A DNA stretch of 64,000 bases, from the NCBI GenBank assembly GCA_045863335.1, contig BTVY01000008.1, positions 1-64,000 of the forward strand, in the 5' to 3' direction. The notes below the pieces were generated by a model, which saw only the letters and a program-made list of their open reading frames with translations, did not search any database and was not told the origin of the DNA. Positions within the stretch are counted from its first letter, which is position 1. The number at the start of each line of letters is the position of its first letter. Positions 57,205-64,000 of this stretch are shown one piece after another. Source of the stretch: Candidatus Hydrogenedentota bacterium (GTDB taxonomy: Bacteria; Hydrogenedentota; Hydrogenedentia; Hydrogenedentales; SLHB01). The translations under genes and the position numbers were made by a program.

Positions 57205-58071
57205 TCATTCCTCCGCTAGCGATTTGACGAAGCAGTCCTCAAACCCCTTGACCTTCCGCATTGCATCGCGAGCGGACTCTGCCGCCACGCGATCCTTGTA
57301 CTCTCCCACCAACGCGCGGACATGTTTACCATCCGTGGACGGGACGAGATTCACGGTGAAGTCGGTCGCTTTTTCAGTATCATCCTTGAATCGTTTGGCT
57401 CGGTCGAGGTTGTTCGAGTCGAAGGACGCCACTTGAATCGTAAATGGCCCTGCCGCGGAGGTCGTCGCGGGTTGCGACGTTTCCACGGGATCTGCCGGTG
57501 AGGAGGTCTCGGCTGGCGTCGGCTCTGGTTCCGTTGTCGCCGTTTCAGGCGCGGCCGGTTCTACAGGCATAGCCGGGGTAGCCGGCACCGTCGCGGGCTG
57601 GGTCACAGGCGGCGCTTCCTTTGCCGCGGTTTGTGTCGAAGTCTCCGGATTAGGCGTGTCCGGTTTCGTTGACGTAACATCGTTGCGGTCGCGCCGGGGT
57701 GGTGGGGCGGGGATGTACTTTGCATTCGACTCGCTGCGTCTTGCCGACGAACCCGATGCCCCAGTAGAACTTCCAGTCTTCTCCGATTCCGCCGGCAACG
57801 TGACGGGCCGCGGCGCAACCTGTCTGCCTTCGCCCTGGGACGCCGCGGTCCCCGCAGGCACTCGCTCCGGAATCTCAGCGGATTCTGAGTTCGACGCCAC
57901 CGGAGCGGAACCCGAATCGCCGGTGAACCGCTGAACCAGGATGCCCGCGATAAAGAGCGCGCACATCAGCAGCAGCAACGCACAGATCGCCATAACGAGC
58001 TGATAAGAGGAAAGCTGGAGCGCGGGTTGTTCCTTGGAACCCCGCGCGCGATTTCTATTCGGATTGCCCAT
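57205..58071 (-). CDS. SPOR-domain membrane protein (FtsN/DedD-like)
   Basis: TM helix, P/T/A-rich linker, FTIQVASF...VGEY. Confidence 0.85.
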   Translation of the reverse strand: MGNPNRNRARGSKEQPALQLSSYQLVMAICALLLLMCALFIAGILVQRFTGDSGSAPVASNSESAEIPERVPAGTAASQGEGRQVAPRPVTLPAESEKTGSSTGASGSSARRSESNAKYIPAPPPRRDRNDVTSTKPDTPNPETSTQTAAKEAPPVTQPATVPATPAMPVEPAAPETATTEPEPTPAETSSPADPVETSQPATTSAAGPFTIQVASFDSNNLDRAKRFKDDTEKATDFTVNLVPSTDGKHVRALVGEYKDRVAAESARDAMRKVKGFEDCFVKSLAEE

Positions 58072-58618
58072 GTTCGGTCAGCGCCACTTCCTCGGGTTGC
58101 GCGGCCTCTTCGTTCTCAGCCGCCTCCAATGCACTCAACTGCTCAACGAGCCGCGTACGGCCCTGTTCCATTTCCGCAAAGGTGAGATTGGGGTCCCTCA
58201 CTTCGATCAGCCGATTGTTAATACGGTCCGTAAAAAGGGCAACGCGACTGTCTCCATCGCCTTCGGCTGATTCCTTCACATGCCGGAAGACTTTTTGCCG
58301 ACGCAACAACTGGGCGGCGAGAAACGCCTTCGCCAACTCTACCCGATCGGTTGACTCCACCGCATCGTAAAAGAGCTTGCGCAGCGGCGAATACGCCTCT
58401 TCTGGTTCCTGTTCGGCCACGCGGGGATCGATATACTCCGTTTCCCACACGGCCAGGGCGCTGCTCGCCATTTCAGGTTGAAAAGACTCGCGGGCGAAAT
58501 CGAGCCGCACCAAGGCCTGGTTTTCAATCTTCACCATGGACACGACGGTTTCACCATGCTCGAACGACCGTTCGGTCGCCGCGCACTCCCGTCCAGGTTT
58601 GCCAATTCGAATTTCCAT
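58055..58618 (-). CDS. Hypothetical protein
   Basis: Clean ORF tightly coupled within the recA gene string; LAAQLLRRQK motif. Confidence 0.7.
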   Translation of the reverse strand: MEIRIGKPGRECAATERSFEHGETVVSMVKIENQALVRLDFARESFQPEMASSALAVWETEYIDPRVAEQEPEEAYSPLRKLFYDAVESTDRVELAKAFLAAQLLRRQKVFRHVKESAEGDGDSRVALFTDRINNRLIEVRDPNLTFAEMEQGRTRLVEQLSALEAAENEEAAQPEEVALTEHGQSE

Positions 58619-58624
58619 ATGAGA

Positions 58625-61600
58625 CTACTTGCTACTCCCCGATGATGCGGGCTTTCTCGCTCCAACAATACCCCCACCAATTTTAAGCAGATCGACCAGT
58701 ATTTTTCTAGGGGCGTCGATTACGCGAAATGCTTCGTTCGCCGCTTCCAGGGCTCCGCTCACCAACGTTACGTGTACGGGGGGCGTTTCCGCAAGGGAAC
58801 TCACGGGTTTGAACGTAGGCCCGGAAAGCGTAAAGGCCAGTTCGATATCCTGCTGTGCCAGACGATGCCCCTGCACGTTGAAGTTCTCCGCGAGCAGGGG
58901 AATGCGTTCCGCCGCGTCGGGCGTAACGGCAATCTGAATACCGTAGTTCATATCGCCGTCGGTGACGAATTGCCCACTCGCCTGCATGCGCATCGCGTCC
59001 GAGGTCAGTTCGATACGTGGCGTTCGCACCACATCTTTCTCGAACTCCACATCGGCTTCAAGCGACGAAAACTTCAACGAAGGCGGGAGGGAAGAGACCT
59101 CGGAAGATTCCATCTGCTGCTCCAACATGGCCAGCAGGTAGTCGGCACTGAACTGCCCTTCGCCCATCGTGAAGTACCCTTTGCCTTGCAAGGTTCCGGG
59201 ATCGTCGCGATCCTGGGAGTAGGCGATCTTGCCGGACATGTTTCCCCGGAACACGTGGGGCAGGTCCAGCGTATCCATCATGTACGCCGCCGGGATGCCT
59301 TCCCAACTCGCTTCCGACTCGAACGAATTCTGCTTCCGATGGCTTATGTAGGACCCGCTGACGCGGCCCTCGTCAACCACGGCTTCGTAATGGCGCAGCC
59401 CGACTTCGGTCAGCGTGGCGAACCCTTCGCCGTTGAAGTTCGTGCCACGCCACGGCGGGACCGTTAACTGCTCCGCTGCGATCCGGTACGTCCAGCGCCG
59501 ATCCACGGGGGGATACTTCTCGAAATCCCGCTCGAGCGGCGCGAACCACGTTCCACCCCGTATGGGAGGAGTCTCGCCGGATTCCACGTGAATCGTCAAT
59601 TCTCCGGTCTCTTCTGACCCGCTGGCCATCCCGCCTTCGAGACGGACGCCTTTCAGCGCGATAGGAACTTCGCTCGTGTCTGCCTGAAGCGAGATCCGAT
59701 CGATGTCGCAGGTGAACCGGGAACGCCAGCCATCGGGGCTGGCTTCATCCCGCTCCCAGACGTAAGTGCCGTTCGACCCTTTTCCTCCCGTAATGGTGTA
59801 AGGGAGCGGGAGGCATTTGCCTACGGACACCACGTCCACGGACTCCGACCGCGCCTCCGCCTGTTTCAGGCGCCATTTCGCGCCGTCATGATACAGGCTC
59901 GTCGTGCCCGCGAGTTCTGTTCCCGCGATGAGGCCTTGGATCGTGCATTCGACGGACCGGCGAGGAGTGAACGTGCCCGTAACTTGCCCGTTGGCGCCGA
60001 TACCGACGGGCTTGAGAAACCACCAGCGATACCCGATCTCCGTCTGAGTCGCGTCGATATCCGCCTCGAACTCGACTTTCTTTTCGGTGAACTTCACTTT
60101 CGCGTTAATCACGCCGCTTCCCGCGAGTTCCGCGTTGCGAATGGTGCTGGCAAGTTTCGAGTCCTCGATGGCGGTCAACGACCCGGCGACCGTGGCGCTT
60201 CCTGTCTTCGTGTCGAGGTCGTAGCTCCCGGTTAACATCATGGGCTGCCCCATGAACGTGGCATTGAGCGGGTTGACTTGGACCGCGCCCGCTTCAAGCG
60301 TCACCCGCCCGGCCAGCCCCGTTGCCTCCAGCCCCGTGGTCTTGTGCACGATTTTGCCGTCGAGCACAGGGATCGTTCCGCTGGGCTGTTTACTTTCGGA
60401 GTCCCACGCCACCTCAAATCGGCCCAACCGAAGCTCGCCCCCCGGATAGGTTGAATTGGCAGGCCGGAACGTCATCGCCCCGCCTTGCGCAGCGGCCACC
60501 GTCCGGATGACGGGGTTCTCGGTTGTGCCCGTGAGGGTCAACATGCACTCTTCCAGTTCATCGACGGTGTACTCGATTTCGCCAAACTGCTCCAGGCGAT
60601 CTGCCAAAACGGAACTCAGGATTTCGCGTACGGGCAATCGGGAAGATGTGAATGTCAGGTCCAGCACGGGCACCTCATTGCTGAATGCAACGGAGCCACT
60701 GAGGTTTCCTGCCAACGTTTCGGTATCCGCGCTGGCCATACTCAACCGCAGCGTGCGGGTATCCGGGTGGTACGTCCCGTAGGCACTCAGCGCCCCTGTC
60801 ACAGGGGGCAGATAATCGGGCTGGTCGCGCACTTGAAGGTCTTCGAACAATGACTCCAGAGACAGGGAGATCGAGCCATTCTCGTTGCCGGCGAGCCGGG
60901 CAATTGGCGCCGCCGAGCCGGTCCGTACAATGCGCTGGCTGGCGGGCAGGAACACATTCACGTCCTCGGCGGATATCTCATCGCACTGAATCCGCAAGTC
61001 AAAGCTCGTTGCCGACGAGTACTGAACGTCGATGTTGAAGCCCTTGTCCTCGTCGCCGGCCAGATCCCCGTCGATCGTGCCGGTCACCGACGACGACCCG
61101 GTGAGCCTCGCGATGTCGAGATTCAGCGAAGTCAGCTCAAGTCGGGTATCGCGGACTACGTTTTCCACGACGAGGGTACACCCCGAACCGGTCAGTCGAA
61201 AGGGGATTCTTGAACCGGCACGTTCGCTGCCAGACGGTACGTCTGGCGAGAACCAGGGATTGTCCGGGTCTCTACGAACACGAAACGCCGCACCGTCCAA
61301 CCGGATATGCTCGACCGAGATATCACCCGCCAGAAGGTCCAGCAGATCGATGTAGACGACCGCTTCGGGTGCGGTCACGTGGAATTCGCCGTACGAAGCC
61401 GTCGGATATCGCAGTTCAACCCCCTCCGCCCGAAGCCCGCGCAGTCCGAACGCAGTGACCTCTTCGACTTCCAGGTGGGCACCCGTACGGGTGCGAGCCG
61501 TTTCCAGAAGAACACCCCGCAACCCCTCAAGACGGTATTTGGCATACAGGGCGCCACCGGCCACGACCGCAGTCAAGACCAGCAGACCCACTAACCACAG

Positions 61601-61639
61601 TCGGGAATAGCGGGACGTCGCGACGTTCGACTCGTCCAT
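58625..61639 (-). CDS. AsmA-like protein
   Basis: N-terminal TM, long beta-rich body, C-terminal TLSGPTFKP. Confidence 0.75.
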   Translation of the reverse strand: MDESNVATSRYSRLWLVGLLVLTAVVAGGALYAKYRLEGLRGVLLETARTRTGAHLEVEEVTAFGLRGLRAEGVELRYPTASYGEFHVTAPEAVVYIDLLDLLAGDISVEHIRLDGAAFRVRRDPDNPWFSPDVPSGSERAGSRIPFRLTGSGCTLVVENVVRDTRLELTSLNLDIARLTGSSSVTGTIDGDLAGDEDKGFNIDVQYSSATSFDLRIQCDEISAEDVNVFLPASQRIVRTGSAAPIARLAGNENGSISLSLESLFEDLQVRDQPDYLPPVTGALSAYGTYHPDTRTLRLSMASADTETLAGNLSGSVAFSNEVPVLDLTFTSSRLPVREILSSVLADRLEQFGEIEYTVDELEECMLTLTGTTENPVIRTVAAAQGGAMTFRPANSTYPGGELRLGRFEVAWDSESKQPSGTIPVLDGKIVHKTTGLEATGLAGRVTLEAGAVQVNPLNATFMGQPMMLTGSYDLDTKTGSATVAGSLTAIEDSKLASTIRNAELAGSGVINAKVKFTEKKVEFEADIDATQTEIGYRWWFLKPVGIGANGQVTGTFTPRRSVECTIQGLIAGTELAGTTSLYHDGAKWRLKQAEARSESVDVVSVGKCLPLPYTITGGKGSNGTYVWERDEASPDGWRSRFTCDIDRISLQADTSEVPIALKGVRLEGGMASGSEETGELTIHVESGETPPIRGGTWFAPLERDFEKYPPVDRRWTYRIAAEQLTVPPWRGTNFNGEGFATLTEVGLRHYEAVVDEGRVSGSYISHRKQNSFESEASWEGIPAAYMMDTLDLPHVFRGNMSGKIAYSQDRDDPGTLQGKGYFTMGEGQFSADYLLAMLEQQMESSEVSSLPPSLKFSSLEADVEFEKDVVRTPRIELTSDAMRMQASGQFVTDGDMNYGIQIAVTPDAAERIPLLAENFNVQGHRLAQQDIELAFTLSGPTFKPVSSLAETPPVHVTLVSGALEAANEAFRVIDAPRKILVDLLKIGGGIVGARKPASSGSSK

Positions 61640-61652
61640 ACTACGCAGGGAA

Positions 61653-62714
61653 TCAACTGCTGGCGTTCGTTTCGGCCGGAACCTCAGCCGCCGGTTCGTC
61701 CGATTCGATCCAATTGAGCCCCTTCTCCTTGATTATTTGCGTTCGGAGCTTCTCGGAGATTTCCGGGTTGTCCCGCAAGAACTGGCGGGTATTTTCACGC
61801 CCTTGGCCCAGATTCTCACCGTTCATGGAGAACCAGGCGCCGCTCTTTTGAATGAGCTTGCTTTCGACGGCCAGGTCCAGCAGGTCTCCCTCCCGGGAAA
61901 TGCCCTCGTTGAACAGTATATCGAATTCCGCCTGGCGGAAGGGAGGACCCATCTTATTCTTCACGACCTTCGCCCGAACCCGGTTACCGACGTCCTGGTC
62001 TCGCTCCTTGATCGTGGCGATTCGGCGCACGTCGATCCGCATACTCGAGTAGAACTTCAGCGCGCGGCCTCCGGTGGTAGTCTCCGGGCTGCCAAACATG
62101 ACCCCAATCTTCTCACGAATCTGATTGATGAAGATGACCAGGGTCTTGGAACGGCTGATCGACGCCGTGAGTTTCCGCAGGGCCTGCGACATCAGGCGGG
62201 CCTGAAGACCTACGTGGGTATCACCCATTTCGCCCTCGACTTCGGCCTTCGGAACCATCGCCGCTACCGAGTCAATGACGATCACATCCACCGCGTTGCT
62301 CCGCACGAGCGTTTCGCAGATCTCCAGGGCCTGCTCCGCCGTATCCGGCTGCGATACCAAGAGGTTATCGATATCGACGCCTAACCGGGTCGCAAAGGTG
62401 GGGTCCAGCGCATGCTCCGCGTCGATAAAACAGGCGATGCCGCCGGCCTTCTGTGCGTTCGCAACCACATGGAGCGCAAGGGTCGTCTTACCGGACGACT
62501 CCGGGCCAAATACCTCGACCACACGGCCGCGCGGCATCCCGCCCACGCCCGTGGCAATATCCAGCGAAAGACTGCCTGTGGATATGGCAGGTGCGCGCCG
62601 ATCAAAATGATCATCTCCAAGTCGTACCAGCGTGCCGCGACCAAACTGCTTCTCGAGTTGTGAAACCGCGATATCCAAGGCCTTGCCCTTCGGATCGGTC
62701 TTCGTGTCAGCCAT
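61653..62714 (-). CDS. recA: Recombinase A
   Basis: [37 protein letters not shown]. Confidence 0.99.
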   Translation of the reverse strand: MADTKTDPKGKALDIAVSQLEKQFGRGTLVRLGDDHFDRRAPAISTGSLSLDIATGVGGMPRGRVVEVFGPESSGKTTLALHVVANAQKAGGIACFIDAEHALDPTFATRLGVDIDNLLVSQPDTAEQALEICETLVRSNAVDVIVIDSVAAMVPKAEVEGEMGDTHVGLQARLMSQALRKLTASISRSKTLVIFINQIREKIGVMFGSPETTTGGRALKFYSSMRIDVRRIATIKERDQDVGNRVRAKVVKNKMGPPFRQAEFDILFNEGISREGDLLDLAVESKLIQKSGAWFSMNGENLGQGRENTRQFLRDNPEISEKLRTQIIKEKGLNWIESDEPAAEVPAETNASS

Positions 62715-62734
62715 CGGAGTTCTCCTTCAGAGAT

Positions 62735-62752
62735 ACTGAAAATCTTTTCACT
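62735..62752. promoter_or_regulatory. Palindromic operator at the recA transcription start, candidate SOS box
   Basis: ACTGAA-AATCTT-TTCACT, with perfect core TGAAAA-TC-TTTTCA. Confidence 0.65.
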
Positions 62753-62758
62753 TTCCGT

Positions 62759-62787
62759 ATACTACACACAGCCCCGCGCTCTGTCAA
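62759..62787 (-). promoter_or_regulatory. Sigma-70 promoter of recA
   Basis: TTGACA-N17-TAGTAT. Confidence 0.8.
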
Positions 62788-63543
62788 GTAGTATTCTCAG
62801 CAGGAAATCGAACCCCTCCATTCTAGTCTCTTCCATGACGAAAGTCCAAGCTATTCGTGGTGACCCCATTCGCAACCATTTGCTCGGCCGATATCTGGAA
62901 CTAAGCCCCACAGTTCCGCAATCACGTCATCGGCGCAGCGTGGGAGGGCGGAAGGGCTTACGCGGGCGCTGGGTCATCATACAAACGAGCTAGTTGATGT
63001 GAAATCCCCTCGCAACGTTTGCGTTTCCTTTGTTTCTCTAATCTATTTGCAAAATATCCGTAATTCGTACTCCAAGCTGAAAAAACTGAATCCATGGGTA
63101 TAGTTCACACGACTAACGTTAAAGAAGACGCAGCCCAATCCTTTCCATGAAAGCCGACGTAATTACATGGCAATATTGGGAAACAAAGATGGGTAATGCA
63201 TGAATTACTTTTTCTCGTTTAGGCCCAATAGTAACATGAATCATAATAAGAATCCTCTTCACATAAGTCGAATGACTGAGAAATACCTAGTCAAATATAC
63301 GCTAACGTAAATAAACTACCTTGTAACTCACTATGGCGCTTATTCATGACCCGGGTCAGTATGCAGGTATTCCTTAAGTACGCCATTTACTGGCGTTAAT
63401 TTATCTGATTGCGCACAGACACTTGAGCGGCGTTCTGGCGTCCCGCCCAGAATTGATGCTGCGTCTGGCCGCCCGAAAAACGGGTCCAGGGACGGCAGTG
63501 GTCCTAGTTCGAGGTAATAGCGGCGATTGCGTGAACGGTCCAA

Positions 63544-63572
63544 TTGACACCGCAATAGGGAGGTGATAAAAT
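63544..63572 (+). promoter_or_regulatory. Sigma-70 promoter of tRNA-Gly
   Basis: TTGACA-N17-TAAAAT with extended TG. Confidence 0.8.
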
Positions 63573-63588
63573 ACCGCTTGCCTTACGA

Positions 63589-63664
63589 GCGGGATTAACT
63601 CAGTTGGTAGAGTGCCAGCTTCCCAAGCTGGATGTCGCCGGTTCGAACCCGGTATCCCGCTCCA
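63589..63664 (+). tRNA. tRNA-Gly(CCC)
   Basis: 76-nt cloverleaf, anticodon arm CCAGC-TTCCCAA-GCTGG, GTTCGAAC T-loop, encoded CCA. Confidence 0.97.
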
Positions 63665-64000
63665 TTTCTTCATCTACCAATTCTGTTGCTCCGTAGCCGT
63701 CTCCGCCAAGCGGCGCTCGCGACGCCAGACCCTCCGTATCACGTGACGCATTCAAACAAGCGTCCGGCATAACCCGCCATCGTCTGATCGTCCGACCATG
63801 CGCCGCTATCCTGGGGAGTGGAGGAGATCTGTCGTCGGCCTGACCGCGGGACTTCGAGCCAACCAACGAAGCGCGCATCCACCGCGACGGGACGCAGGCA
63901 ACTCGAGTACGCCAACACCAAGCACGTATTCTCGCGTCACTCCGCGTAAATTATCTCGCACACGCAAAATACGCTGCGCGATGCAAATCATCCGGGAAGA

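Noticed and set aside
63589-64000. Integrative element at tRNA-Gly or tRNA-Arg
   Set aside because: No integrase or duplicated tRNA 3' end is visible in the window; sequence beyond 64000 cannot be assessed

Overview
GC-rich bacterial chromosomal window with about 55 CDS and two tRNAs (Arg-CCG, Gly-CCC). No prophage, integrase, transposase or CRISPR array was seen. The protein repertoire (DUF1559/H-X9-DG pilin-like protein, PKD/Ig surface proteins, several ECF sigma factors, many CAZymes) suggests a PVC-like or Candidatus Hydrogenedentota organism; this is inference only. Housekeeping genes include aconitase, adk, proS, rpmB, rlmN, panE and recA. The most notable signals are: (1) an ECF sigma factor coupled to an anti-sigma-like domain fused to a DUF1559 pilin-like body; (2) a sigma54 module with a sensor-less activator, candidate UAS, consensus -24/-12 promoter, atypical stand-alone receiver and aconitase; (3) a palindrome ACTGAA-N6-TTCAGT shared by the recA and dinB-family upstream regions (candidate SOS box); (4) a ParE toxin-antitoxin pair flanked by a 20-bp direct repeat that duplicates the neighbouring promoter; (5) back-to-back ECF-type promoters TGAAAC-N17-GGTC; (6) an HDOD pseudo-histidine kinase, an MshEN-HDOD fusion and a GH32-pectate lyase fusion; and (7) REP-like doublets and an inverted hexamer array. 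All family assignments come from motif recognition by eye, not from database searches.
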